A DNA stretch of 64,000 nucleotides from Candidatus Atabeyarchaeum deiterrae (GCA_037310415.1 CP147780.1:896001-960000); one strand, 5' to 3'. Shown: positions 39,051 to 49,370, numbered from the stretch's first letter. Numbers and translations are program-made. Notes: generated by a model from the letters alone, not told the origin.

Positions 39051-40337
39051 TCACAGCTTCTCTAGGGGTGAAGTTACCCCCCAGTTTTTCAGATTCGCCT
39101 TCACAATCTCCTTGATCTTCTCGTCAGTTAGTTTCTTGATCTGGCTCGGCCTATAGGAACCAATGTCCATTATGATTTCTGTGATGTGCTCTGGCGGAGT
39201 TACGTCGAAAGCCGGGTTATATATCAGCACCTTGTGACTCTCAGGTTCATGTTGCGTAGCGATCAAACCTCTGGGGGGCCATTCATCTAGGGCTTTCTCT
39301 GATGTGACCCCATTTCGTTTCTTGTCCTCTGCCTCCAATCTGTAAGGATACGTAAACTCCTCAATGCTTCTCTCCTCAATTGGTATATCCTTCCCCAACT
39401 TTGTCTCCAAATCTATAGTTGAATAGGATGTGCAGTAGTAAAATGGGAGTCCATATCCATGGAACACGGAAGCAGCATCAGCCGATCCAATCTTGTTTGC
39501 AACGGATCCGTCTCTTGCGACGCGATCCACGCCTAACATCGCCTTGGTCAGTCCGAATTTACGGATGGCTGCATTGGTCATACCATCAGTTATAGCAATC
39601 ACGGGCAAGCCACAACGCAATGCCTCCCAAACCGTCAGCTTAAAACCTTGGGATCTAGGTCTTGTTTCGTGGGAAACCAACACGAGGTCCAATCCATCGG
39701 CATAAGCCTCTTCGATTCCACATGTGGCATGCGCACCATAAGAGCCTGCTAAGCCAGCGTTGCAGTGATGTAGGATAACATCTCCGTTCTCAAGATGTTT
39801 CCTTATCTCTTTTCTGGTGCAGGCGTTCAAAGCGAGATCAGACGCCAAGATGTAGTCAGCCACGGCTCTTACAACTTCAACCATATCATCAACTTTCATG
39901 CCTTTGTGATAGGCTTTCTCCACTGCCCCAATCGCCAAGTTGACAGCCCAAGGTAACGGCTGCGCTGTGGGCCTCGAACTTGCTATGAAATCGCCCTTCT
40001 TCTTGAGCTCGCCCATGAACTTTCTGGGGTCTCCGGTAGCTTTAGCAGTGCTGACGGCAGCCAGCAGCATGCAGTATCCTCCAGCGACTCCTATGGCTTG
40101 GCTTCCGCGGATTATCATGCCTTTGATGCCTGGATCAGCTGCCTGCTTCCAGTCCTTCGTCCTCCAGGTTGTGATCTCGAAAGGAAGCTTGGTTTGATCA
40201 AGGTATGCGAGCTCCTCATTCTCGTGATCGTAGTAAATCGTTAGGGGAACGTGCGTTTTCCTATGCACCTGTATTCCGATCTCGTCGTCATATTCCAGCC
40301 CGATCTTTTCGATGACGCTGTCTACTTTAGATCCCAA
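39051..40337 (-). CDS. mtnA: Methylthioribose-1-phosphate isomerase
   Basis: LDQTKLP, IRG.QAIG, SRPTA, HCNAG, ETRP..QG, NKIG, NPAFDVTP. Confidence 0.9.
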   Translation of the reverse strand: MGSKVDSVIEKIGLEYDDEIGIQVHRKTHVPLTIYYDHENEELAYLDQTKLPFEITTWRTKDWKQAADPGIKGMIIRGSQAIGVAGGYCMLLAAVSTAKATGDPRKFMGELKKKGDFIASSRPTAQPLPWAVNLAIGAVEKAYHKGMKVDDMVEVVRAVADYILASDLALNACTRKEIRKHLENGDVILHHCNAGLAGSYGAHATCGIEEAYADGLDLVLVSHETRPRSQGFKLTVWEALRCGLPVIAITDGMTNAAIRKFGLTKAMLGVDRVARDGSVANKIGSADAASVFHGYGLPFYYCTSYSTIDLETKLGKDIPIEERSIEEFTYPYRLEAEDKKRNGVTSEKALDEWPPRGLIATQHEPESHKVLIYNPAFDVTPPEHITEIIMDIGSYRPSQIKKLTDEKIKEIVKANLKNWGVTSPLEKL

Positions 40338-40582
40338 GCGACAAACTCCTCCTGTAAGAAGTCAATGGCTTTCGTGATTCCCGAATCTAGTTTCTTTTCG
40401 CCATCTCATGGTCTAGTTAGTTCTAAAGTCATACTCTCCTATTTCCTTTAAACTTTCCGATATATGGATTGGCAGAACATTCACGAGAACAGGGGAAACA
40501 GTAGCTGCAAGAGACCAGCACAGAAGCGAGAACCCCAATCCGAAAAGTGAAGGTGAGAACGAGGGCATTCAACTTCCTATGA

Positions 40583-41683
40583 CTATCTCTCTTCTTCCTC
40601 TTCCGCCGATCTGACTTTTCCTAACGCTCGCTCCTCAAGTTTCTTTAAGGCTTTCTCCAGGTCCTCTCCCAATTCGCCCTCAACGATCTTTGCGAAGCTA
40701 TCCGCTTCCGAGACTATGGTGGTCCTTTTCCCCTCCTCGTACACTCCTTTTGTCAGCACATCAATTGCCTTCTGAGGTTCCTTGACCACAACCGACGCTG
40801 ATTCCTTGGGCGCAGGCACTCCTTTCATCCTTACCAGCTTTTCTCCCATCCTCTTAGTTCTCACGAGAGGCATGGAGATCGGCACGCCTTCCTTGACCGA
40901 TGCCAACAATTGCGTCAATTGGCTCTTCTCTCTGAACATTTCGAATACAATGTGCGAGATTGACAATTCGTTTATAATTGATGCCGGTTTCTCTAGTTCA
41001 AAGATTAGGTCATAGTTGTCATTTATGCATTCAACTTCTTCTGCTGTTCTGCCTGAGCGCAAGCCGTTCATTATTTTTTCTGCTCTCCCGCGAGCCTTTT
41101 GTCTTTCTACGACGAATAGTCTTGACGCGTATGTTGGTGCTAAAGCCGTGGTCAAGGCTATGAAGAATACTGCCGTGTCTACTGGCGTGGCTAGGGGATG
41201 ATAAGCTCTCCACTCGGTCACTATGGGCTGTATGAATCCTTCAACGATTTCCCTTGTTTTGACCTGAAAATCGAGTGGTGTCATGGAGCCGTCGTCGGTA
41301 TCCTCTTTGTCAAGCTGAAGCATCTCGATTGCTCTGTTAACGTATGGGTTGAAGATTGAAAGAATGAACGTGTTCCACATCGCTTCTTTCTGCATAGATG
41401 TGATGTCAATGCTGCTAAGATCTCCATATACGCTGTCAATGAATCTGATGTTTTCTTGGGTATTGCTTCTTCCAGTATCCTCAAGTAGCTGCAACAGATA
41501 TGCCTTCTGTGGTGGAGTTCCAAACTTCTTCGAAAGTTGATTAAGTACGTCGTTCGGAATTGGCTCAAGCTCTGTTGGAAATTCTTCTACAGCGGATTCA
41601 GCCTTGTCTTTCGGTGTACTTATTCTGCCGATTGCGAGTAGCTCACGCCTTAAGCTCTCATCGTCTTCCATGATCGACTCCAC
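40583..41683 (-). CDS. Hypothetical acidic helical protein
   Basis: 366-aa ORF; no family recognised. Confidence 0.7.
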   Translation of the reverse strand: MESIMEDDESLRRELLAIGRISTPKDKAESAVEEFPTELEPIPNDVLNQLSKKFGTPPQKAYLLQLLEDTGRSNTQENIRFIDSVYGDLSSIDITSMQKEAMWNTFILSIFNPYVNRAIEMLQLDKEDTDDGSMTPLDFQVKTREIVEGFIQPIVTEWRAYHPLATPVDTAVFFIALTTALAPTYASRLFVVERQKARGRAEKIMNGLRSGRTAEEVECINDNYDLIFELEKPASIINELSISHIVFEMFREKSQLTQLLASVKEGVPISMPLVRTKRMGEKLVRMKGVPAPKESASVVVKEPQKAIDVLTKGVYEEGKRTTIVSEADSFAKIVEGELGEDLEKALKKLEERALGKVRSAEEEEER

Positions 41684-41923
41684 TTCTCACATTATTAGTC
41701 TCAAAGCGGACAGACAATTCTCCACCTTGCGAGGTTCTCCAAGGCGAAGTCACAGTATATAGAGAATAAAATCAGGAAATAAACACTCCGTTCATAATTA
41801 GTAAAGCATGCTGTGACTTTTATAGATTTAGGATTGAGAACTTCATGAGAGCTAGGCGTCTGCTCAAAAAAGGAGATTTTTGGACTCATTGGGTATCTCA
41901 AAACCTTGAGTCCAATAGTCACT

Positions 41924-42810
41924 TCACATTTGAGCACTCTTCAGAGCGTCCTTGCATTCACACTTTCTTTCCTTTGGAACCTTCGGTATCACGCTGAAAA
42001 GCAGCTTGTTGACGTCCTCAATGTTTTGCTTCATAGACTTCACGACCTGTTCCGCCGTCACTGGTTTCAAACCATAGACATCAGTATCAGTAGGCATCGC
42101 TATGTTGGCAAAGCATATCTCTGCTTCTCTGGCAAGAGCACATTCAGGATAGGCCGTCAGTGCGGGGCAAATCGGTTCTTCACCTAATTCCTTGCCTTTC
42201 CGACAACATCCCATCCTTGTCTCTTGTAGAAGAGGGACTCTGCTCTGGTTGAGAATCTTGGTCCTTCGATGCAAACGTACTCAAACGAGTCATGATCTCT
42301 GGAGTTCTCTTTGGCGTGAATCTTCATGCCCAGTTTGGTAGCCGTATCCATTATCGTCTTTCTAAGCTCACTGCAAAACGGCTCAGCGAATGCGATGTGT
42401 CCTACAATGCCTCCGTCGAAGAAGGTTTGGTTCATTCGTGGCGCTGCAGTGAAGGTGACTATCTGGTCGCATGCTACGAATTCGCCGGGTTTGATTCTGT
42501 CAGGCTGTAAGCTTCCCACCGCGGCAGGGCTAATTATTCGCGTGACGCCAAGCGCCTTCATGGCCCAGATGTTGGCCCTGAAGTTAATTTTATGCGGAGG
42601 TATTCTATGTCCTCTTTGATGCCTGACTAGGAAGGCTACTTTCCTATCACCAATGTAGCCGACAAAAACATTATCGCTGGTCGCTCCATAAGGTGTGTAC
42701 ACTTTGAGTTCCTTTGCTTCCTTCATTATCTTGGGGTCGTAGCTGCCTGAACCCGCGAAAATGCCAATCTCTGCGTTTTCATGTGGGTCTATTAAACCAA
42801 TCATGCACAT
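41924..42810 (-). CDS. mtaP: 5'-methylthioadenosine phosphorylase, spliced (exons 42810-42198 and 42159-41924; 282 aa)
   Basis: GSG, TPYG, RH..GH..PPH..N.RANI, EGPRFSTRAES, VVG|MTAYPE after intron removal, LAREAEIC, TD.D. Confidence 0.9.
42160..42197 (-). other. 38-nt archaeal intron with relaxed BHB/BHL motif in mRNA
   Basis: CGG/CCG helix, AA|A bulge, GGCAA/UUGCC intron stem, AC|U 3' site; excision gives GGA ATG ACG. Confidence 0.82.
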
Positions 42811-43203
42811 CTCTCTCCATTTCGCATTAGAGGTATACTCGTGGATTGTTTCAATCGAGTATAATTGCTTGTGAATGTGGAATACACCGCATATTTATCG
42901 CTATCGCTACAAAGGAAACCTCCTCTGAGGCTTGAAACAGATAGAAGAATCAGAAAGCAAACAGTCGGGTGGTTTCTCACCCAGGAAACGTCGCTGACCG
43001 CCCGCAGAACACACTGCAGATAGTTCTCGCAAGTAACCTATCAAACCTGAGGAGTTTAGCACGCTACAATGTTGTTCGAGTTTTGCTGATGGTTGTCGTC
43101 TCTACTGGTTTCCTTGTTTGGTAGTTATGTTTCCAAGTTGATTATTCGCAGTGTTATCGGTGATTTGTCTGCTCTCCATGGAATGTTAATCATTTCCCCC
43201 TCT

Positions 43204-43509
43204 TTATAGGTCCCCCTTAATGCCTAAGAGCTCTTCATCCAACTCTTCTTCGATTTCTCTGTCTTCTTCTGTGAGTAGCATGTAGCTGCGTTCTCCGCGT
43301 ATGTCATCTACGTAGGGGTAACACACTTGTATTTCCTCCTTGTCTTCTGCAAGTGAGATCGCGTGGTTTGCTTCTTGTGGTGTCATGTCTTCCTCAATTA
43401 GTAGTTCCACCATTTTGTCTGCTTTGCAGAATTTTTTTTTCGCTTTAGCAAATACTCGTTTTACCGCCGACAAAAGTTGTTCTTCGTTAATGGTTGTCAT
43501 CGTCCTCAA
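43204..43509 (-). CDS. Small acidic hypothetical protein (possible winged helix)
   Basis: Overlaps the end of the upstream ORF; same composition. Confidence 0.55.
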   Translation of the reverse strand: MRTMTTINEEQLLSAVKRVFAKAKKKFCKADKMVELLIEEDMTPQEANHAISLAEDKEEIQVCYPYVDDIRGERSYMLLTEEDREIEEELDEELLGIKGDL

Positions 43510-45214
43510 TTCTTAGCGCCCTCCTGAGTGTTTCCTGTTTCCTATTCTGTGGAAACCCTATTTCCTCGTAGAATATCCTGCTGCCCTCTCTGGAAGTTGT
43601 GCGCATTCTCCATGTGACGCCATAGCCGCCGTCTTCTCGCTTATATATTGTAGTTGGGGACTTATTGGTTTTTATGCCGAAGTCGTCATGGAGTATTCTT
43701 GCTTCTGACTCTAAGAGCCGTGGACACTCAGACTCCAATACCTCTCGGATGTCCTTAGGTAAGGCATGAAACCTAGAATACTTGTTCTGTACTCTCCACC
43801 CATCTGGGAATAATTGTCTCTTCCATTTTTCGCTCAATACATCGAGCCGGTTTCTTTGCTCGTCTGATAGTCTATGAGTAGCATCTACGCCTCTCGACAA
43901 CGTTAGCAACCCCCTTCGAGTATAAGTTGTTCCTTCGTCACCGAAGGCTTGTTTTAGCCACTCTCGTTTCATTTCCTTTGATCCTTGCAAGATGAAGGTA
44001 GGTATGTCTGGGTTTTGTGTAACGACTTCGCCAGCTATTGCCCCTGATCTCCGCAGTGCGCATCCAATGACTTCCGTTGTTGCGCGCACTGTCGCAGCCC
44101 TGCCATCATCGTATTCTCTAATAAGTATATTTGGTCTGCCGAATACGTTTGTTAGTGATGCTATGACCCTAGTTCTTTGTTCTGCATCATTGTTTGTGTA
44201 GACGAATCTTGGTCCTCTGCCTTGAGTTGCGGAGAGCGATCCATCTGAGAATCTTGCCGCGTGGAGTCTCACTCCGTCGATGCCCGCCAGTCTAAAGCGG
44301 AGGTTCGGATTCTCAACCGCTCTTAGGTGTCCTATTGCTCTAATGTGGCAGTTGGGCTCGTTGAGATTTCTGTCGAGGTATGTTAGGATAGGAATCAGTT
44401 TATCAACTCTCACACCGTCCAGTCGGTCATGTAGTTGCTGCCATAAATATATGTTCCTAGTGTGTGTTCCTCTCTTTTCTAACTCCTGTCGGAGCGCGGT
44501 TTTCCCTCCTGCTTTTTCTATTGCAGCCTCAAGTAATTCATGTCTATATTGTCTGTCGAGATATATGTCGGTGGTTGGTGGTAGTGCAAACCACGGTGTT
44601 TCGTAGGGTGGGATTGTTGTGTTTTCTCTTGGTATGTGGAGGAATTCTTCTCCTTGTCTTGTTTTGTATCTGTAGAGTTCTAAGTCTCCTATTTTTTCTT
44701 GCTCTACTATTGTGATCTTGTAGTTCTTGTTCTCATGGATTATTGTGAGCCCTTCACTTACATCGAACTTCAATGTTGTTTTATCGTCTAACTTTGCTTC
44801 ATCTTTCTCAGGGATTACTCCTTGTTTTACGGATTGTTCTCGGTTGCCGTTGATGAACGCTAGTGGATCTTCACTCAATCTCCTAGGGTGGTGTTCTCCT
44901 ATTGCTTCTCTTTTCCTATCTGCGTCTTCTTCGTTTTCTTGCTTCAGTCTGTCAGCATCGGCGCTGGGATTCTCTGATTCAGTATTAGTCGACTGGTTTC
45001 TTTTCTCTGCGCCTACTCTATGTTCTTCCATCTCGCCTACCTTGATTGTTTCATTGCTCTCAACAGGAGTATTCATTGACCTCTCATATTCTTCCAAGCA
45101 CCATTCCAAGAAGTAGTCGTCTTCGCCATCTTCTTCGCGTGAGTTTTCTGCTTTTTCCCGTAGCTTTTCTCCACTCTCAACAGGCAACCTCTCAACCTCC
45201 AACAGCCTTGTCAT
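43487..45214 (-). CDS. Free-standing LAGLIDADG-like domain protein with long acidic N-terminus
   Basis: LHAARFSDGSL, FVYTNND, WLKQAFGDEG, FYEEIGF...RKQ..L; no intein splicing termini seen. Confidence 0.7.
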   Translation of the reverse strand: MTRLLEVERLPVESGEKLREKAENSREEDGEDDYFLEWCLEEYERSMNTPVESNETIKVGEMEEHRVGAEKRNQSTNTESENPSADADRLKQENEEDADRKREAIGEHHPRRLSEDPLAFINGNREQSVKQGVIPEKDEAKLDDKTTLKFDVSEGLTIIHENKNYKITIVEQEKIGDLELYRYKTRQGEEFLHIPRENTTIPPYETPWFALPPTTDIYLDRQYRHELLEAAIEKAGGKTALRQELEKRGTHTRNIYLWQQLHDRLDGVRVDKLIPILTYLDRNLNEPNCHIRAIGHLRAVENPNLRFRLAGIDGVRLHAARFSDGSLSATQGRGPRFVYTNNDAEQRTRVIASLTNVFGRPNILIREYDDGRAATVRATTEVIGCALRRSGAIAGEVVTQNPDIPTFILQGSKEMKREWLKQAFGDEGTTYTRRGLLTLSRGVDATHRLSDEQRNRLDVLSEKWKRQLFPDGWRVQNKYSRFHALPKDIREVLESECPRLLESEARILHDDFGIKTNKSPTTIYKREDGGYGVTWRMRTTSREGSRIFYEEIGFPQNRKQETLRRALRIEDDDNH

Positions 45215-45273
45215 TGCCGTCAGTGTGCCTCGGTAGGTAGTTTGGCGTGTGCAGCTTGGCTGGCCGATTGTCT

Positions 45274-45710
45274 TTATGCTAGTTCTCTTTCAACGATGCT
45301 GACGAGCTCTATACGTGCCAGTGGATTCGCTCCCTCGTTGTACTTATTGGTGGATTTCTTGAAGATCTTCAATGCCAGCGTCGCCATCCTATCTGGTTCC
45401 CCTGTGTATCTTGCTGCCTCGACCACGAGAATATACACTAATCGCTCAACGTTCCCTGCTTTATAAGCCTTAGAAACGGCTTCGCAGTAGTGCTCTGAAC
45501 TCTCTTAAGTCAACGATTGATTCGGCCAATTTGTCCTCATCGATTATTGAGAGAATTGCTGGCGACACCGTATTCATTGCCATGCTTGTTGCTACTGCTT
45601 GCGTTCTGAGGTATTCTGGGTGGATGTCGTAGAAAGCTGTTTACATGTAGTTTCTCAGTTCTCGGTCTGTGATGAACTTGGTTGGGTTGATCTCATACCG
45701 TATTACACGC
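45274..45710 (-). pseudogene. Decayed ORF upstream of the LAGLIDADG-like gene
   Basis: SD GGGAGGT; protein-like frame with internal TAA (45641-45643) and a frame change near 45495. Confidence 0.4.
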
Positions 45711-45955
45711 GTGACCTCCCCTTAGAAAGGGTGGCTCACACCTGGGATCTTGATGATCGGTTTATCCACTAAGCTAGTATAGTGCCCACTTCTGCTCCTC
45801 GTTCAAACCGAGCATCCTCGCAACTTTCTCCGCATCCTCATCATCTGCAAGCTGGTGGACAATCTTGGTCGACGTATTCTGCGTAACCTCAGTTGGAAGG
45901 TTCACTGCAGATTGGTATCGAAAAACAGGCGGCTATTTCGTCTATGTTCTTGCAT

Positions 45956-46537
45956 TCAGCTCTTCTGAGTGGTCCTGCGAATTGTGCTTGCAAGCAATCC
46001 TGCTAATCTAAGAGGCTCAGGAACGCCACCTTGAAGCGTGAAGTCATCAAGCAGTTTCACGGCTTCCTCATACTCAAGTCCGACCTCCCGAAGAAAGATG
46101 CTATAGCCTGTGTGGAGCGTAACTTCCCTTCTTCCACAATTCTTATTGAATATGTCTAGTCTGGTGTCCCAATCGTCTGGAAAGTACTCTTTGAAATACT
46201 TCTCCAAACCCTCTGATTCCTCGTAGGTTACACAGACTAGAGGTAAGTTCAACTCTTGGTGAACCAGAGTCAAATCTATAACGTTAAACCATGCGATTAT
46301 ACATCCGCTGAGCATCATCAAATTGATATCATTTCTTCCAAGAGACTTGAACAAACGAATCACGCCGTTAGTGGCATCTGTGCCGCCCACAGTTATTTCC
46401 GTTAGCGCAAAACCATCAATAATCAAATCCTTCCTCATGACGACGCCTGCGAGAACGGATGGTCCTGCCTCTCCTTTAGAGAAACTCTCAGCGATTCCCA
46501 AAACTCGGAGACCCTTCTTAGACAGATGGAGACGCAA
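45956..46537 (-). CDS. DUF99 family (endonuclease V-like) protein
   Basis: RVLGIAESF, GTDAT, WFNVID, PEPLRLA. Confidence 0.85.
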   Translation of the reverse strand: MRLHLSKKGLRVLGIAESFSKGEAGPSVLAGVVMRKDLIIDGFALTEITVGGTDATNGVIRLFKSLGRNDINLMMLSGCIIAWFNVIDLTLVHQELNLPLVCVTYEESEGLEKYFKEYFPDDWDTRLDIFNKNCGRREVTLHTGYSIFLREVGLEYEEAVKLLDDFTLQGGVPEPLRLAGLLASTIRRTTQKS

Positions 46538-46752
46538 CGAGCCTCACCACAAGGTTACGGTCACCCACGGATAATCTGATCCCTCATTACACCAAACTAC
46601 ATTGCAAGTAGATATATCCATTCGTTACGTCAATGCGAAACTAACCGCTCGGCATTCAAATACCTGTAACTTGGCTACAATAAGCATACATTTATATTTT
46701 GATAACTCTATCTTAGAGTTAATAGGGAAAGTGGGCGGAAGGCGGTCTTGGG

Positions 46753-47316
46753 TTGCCAGTCGTCAACGTTAGTGAAAGCAAAGTAAACAAATTGAAGGGT
46801 CTTCTCCAGAATCTCACTCAGCTCGGGATAAGTTTCTACATAGTAGGAACCAGGGAAGGACTTAGCGTCTTGACCGATTCTGGTGTTACAATGCCTGACC
46901 CAGATGTGCTCTCAGCCGCTACAGCAACTCTGGTATCAACTGCAGATTTCCTGAGTGAGAAGTACAAAGAAGGCATAACAAAGGAGATAGTGGTAACCGT
47001 CGAAGGTGGCTATATTCTTGTATTCAGGGTTGGGAGTAGCTACCACTTTGCGGCGATCACAAAGAACGTTACCAATCTCGAGTACTACCTAGACATACTG
47101 AGAAGATACGCGAAATCCATTGAAGAAGTTCTTGTATCTGGTGAAGAGCAGGTCGTTGAAGCGGAGGAAATTCTGAGGAAGGAACTCGAGTTGATCAAGT
47201 TCTCTCCCGAAGGTCTTGGAGAGGCCGGAATAGCAGAAGAAGGCCAGACGCGGCAATCAACTAACGAGCCCCGCAAGAGCAAAGCTGCCTCGCCAAAGAA
47301 GAGGAAATCTGGTTAG
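46753..47316 (+). CDS. Roadblock/LC7 domain protein
   Basis: VGTREGL, D.LSA.TA.L, EI.V..EGG.ILV. Confidence 0.75.
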   Translation: MPVVNVSESKVNKLKGLLQNLTQLGISFYIVGTREGLSVLTDSGVTMPDPDVLSAATATLVSTADFLSEKYKEGITKEIVVTVEGGYILVFRVGSSYHFAAITKNVTNLEYYLDILRRYAKSIEEVLVSGEEQVVEAEEILRKELELIKFSPEGLGEAGIAEEGQTRQSTNEPRKSKAASPKKRKSG

Positions 47317-47666
47317 CCTGCGAAGGAGCATAGGACTGGTCCTCTTAGGTCCTGATATGAGTTCCTTCGAAAGAATTCATTGTGATTTGACTTGCCTTTT
47401 TTGGATCTCTTTCTTTCTACGAGTCTCCACATTACGATTTGTTGAACGGCTTGCGTAGCAAGGGTCCATCAATAAGGGAATCAGATCACAAGAGAAGGTA
47501 AGACTCCGTAATACTTGGATGTTCTTTGCATATTACGCAACATGGACACCCAAGTTATGTGCGACAATCGCAACCAGATAGAAATGTTATTAGATTCAAC
47601 TTCCCTACGGTATGCTCGGTTATTTACGTATATCTAAGAATACTTCTTTCGGAGAGTGAAACACCG

Positions 47667-49370
47667 TTGGATGCTGCGCACCCAGAGCTAATCACTGAAT
47701 TGAGCCCCTCTGAGTGGTTCATGAGGAATAGAAACATTGCAGGCTTTGACAATGCATCTCGGGCTCTTTATACGGCTGTGAGAGAACTGGTTGAGAACGG
47801 ACTCGATGCTTGCGAAGCGTCCAGAACTCTGCCAGAGATAATAGTTACCTTGAGAAGAGAGCATGAGGACAAGAAAGAACCCACAGTATACCTGTTGCGC
47901 GTTGAGGATCACGGGATTGGTGTCCCTCCAGAGGACATACCCACATTATTCGGAAAGGTGCTGACAGGCACCAAGATGTCGCTCAAGCAGCACAGAGGAC
48001 ACTTTGGACTTGGAGGAAAGATGGCATTTCTGTATGGTCAGGTCACTACACAATCACCCATAAAAGTCATTTCATGCCGTGTGAGCTCACGTAAGTGTGC
48101 CATTTTCAGTCTAAAATCAGATATCCAGAAAAATGAACCCATAATACTCGAGAGAAAAGTAATTCCTGTTTCAAAATTCCTTGCAACTCAGAAAACGACA
48201 CCACCTGTCACAGACAAAAAAGGCAAAGAAAGCAAGTCTCCCAAGAAATCAGCAAAGAAAGAACCTTCTTGGCATGGCACAATAACGGAGTTCTCTCTAA
48301 TGGGGGACTGGCAAAGGAGCAAATCAAAGATCTTGGAGTACTTCAAGAGAACAGCGATCATAGTGCCGTACGCCAACCTGACGTTCGAAACTCCCGAAGG
48401 CGAGGTCTACAAATATGAGCGTGCAACGAAACTTCTACCAGAGCAACCCGAAGAGATACTCCCACACCCTCATGGAGTCGATACAGAGACACTTTCACGG
48501 ATGATCAAAATCTCTAAGGCCACTACACTAAAAGAATTCCTTACGGATAGTTTTCACAGGGTCGGTGAGAAAACTGCTGAAGACTATCTCAATTTTGCAG
48601 AGCTACCCGGCAAGAAGAACCCTAAGAAGTTAAGCCGGGAAGAAATGGTCAAACTGATGGAGACCATGGAGAAATACGACAAGTTTCTGCCTCCAGACCC
48701 GAAGTGTCTCAGCCCGATCGGAGTGGAGATACTTGAGACAGGGATTAAGAAGGAACTGTCTCCCGTCTATGTAACTGCAATAACTAGATCTCCATCAGTC
48801 TACAGCGGTCATGCATTCGTTGTTGAAGTCGGATTGGCTTACGGCGGGCAGATCCCTCCAGGTCTGAATCTATACAGATTTTCAAACCGCATCCCTCTTC
48901 TGTATGATGAGGGTAGTGACGTTACCTCAAAGGTCGTTAGAGAACTTGACTGGAGAAGGTATCACATCTCACAAGAAATACCAGTAGCTATTTTCATACA
49001 TCTAGCGTCAACTAAGATCCCCTACAAGACAGTCGGAAAGGAATTCATCGCCGAAGTTGACGAAATCAAGCGAGAAATCGATCTCGGATTGAAAGAGTGC
49101 GCAAGAAGACTGTCCATATGGCTCAGCAAAAAGGAGCACACAGAATATGCCGCAAAGAGAATGACACTTCTAAAGGACTTCTATACATTCATCGCTTCGA
49201 CACTTGAGAGATCGATCGCCCGGAGGGTCGACATCGGCAAACTGTTCAACAACGGAAAGGCAAATGGAGCTGATTCGGCGAACTCACGTATGGAGGGAGA
49301 CCAACCTATTGTCGACGGCAAATCCGTCTTCGAAAAAGCTGCAGCCGCAAGTGAAAAAGGAAAGGCGTAA
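47667..49370 (+). CDS. top6B: DNA topoisomerase VI subunit B
   Basis: AGFDN, ELVENGLDA, DHGIG, RGHFGLG, PHPHG, RF.NRIPLLY. Confidence 0.93.
   Translation: MDAAHPELITELSPSEWFMRNRNIAGFDNASRALYTAVRELVENGLDACEASRTLPEIIVTLRREHEDKKEPTVYLLRVEDHGIGVPPEDIPTLFGKVLTGTKMSLKQHRGHFGLGGKMAFLYGQVTTQSPIKVISCRVSSRKCAIFSLKSDIQKNEPIILERKVIPVSKFLATQKTTPPVTDKKGKESKSPKKSAKKEPSWHGTITEFSLMGDWQRSKSKILEYFKRTAIIVPYANLTFETPEGEVYKYERATKLLPEQPEEILPHPHGVDTETLSRMIKISKATTLKEFLTDSFHRVGEKTAEDYLNFAELPGKKNPKKLSREEMVKLMETMEKYDKFLPPDPKCLSPIGVEILETGIKKELSPVYVTAITRSPSVYSGHAFVVEVGLAYGGQIPPGLNLYRFSNRIPLLYDEGSDVTSKVVRELDWRRYHISQEIPVAIFIHLASTKIPYKTVGKEFIAEVDEIKREIDLGLKECARRLSIWLSKKEHTEYAAKRMTLLKDFYTFIASTLERSIARRVDIGKLFNNGKANGADSANSRMEGDQPIVDGKSVFEKAAAASEKGKA

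Noticed and set aside
39235-39350. In-frame insertion in mtnA (and the Lys-rich insertion in top6B) as further introns
   Set aside because: No terminal stem or BHB could be folded by eye; they read as protein insertions.
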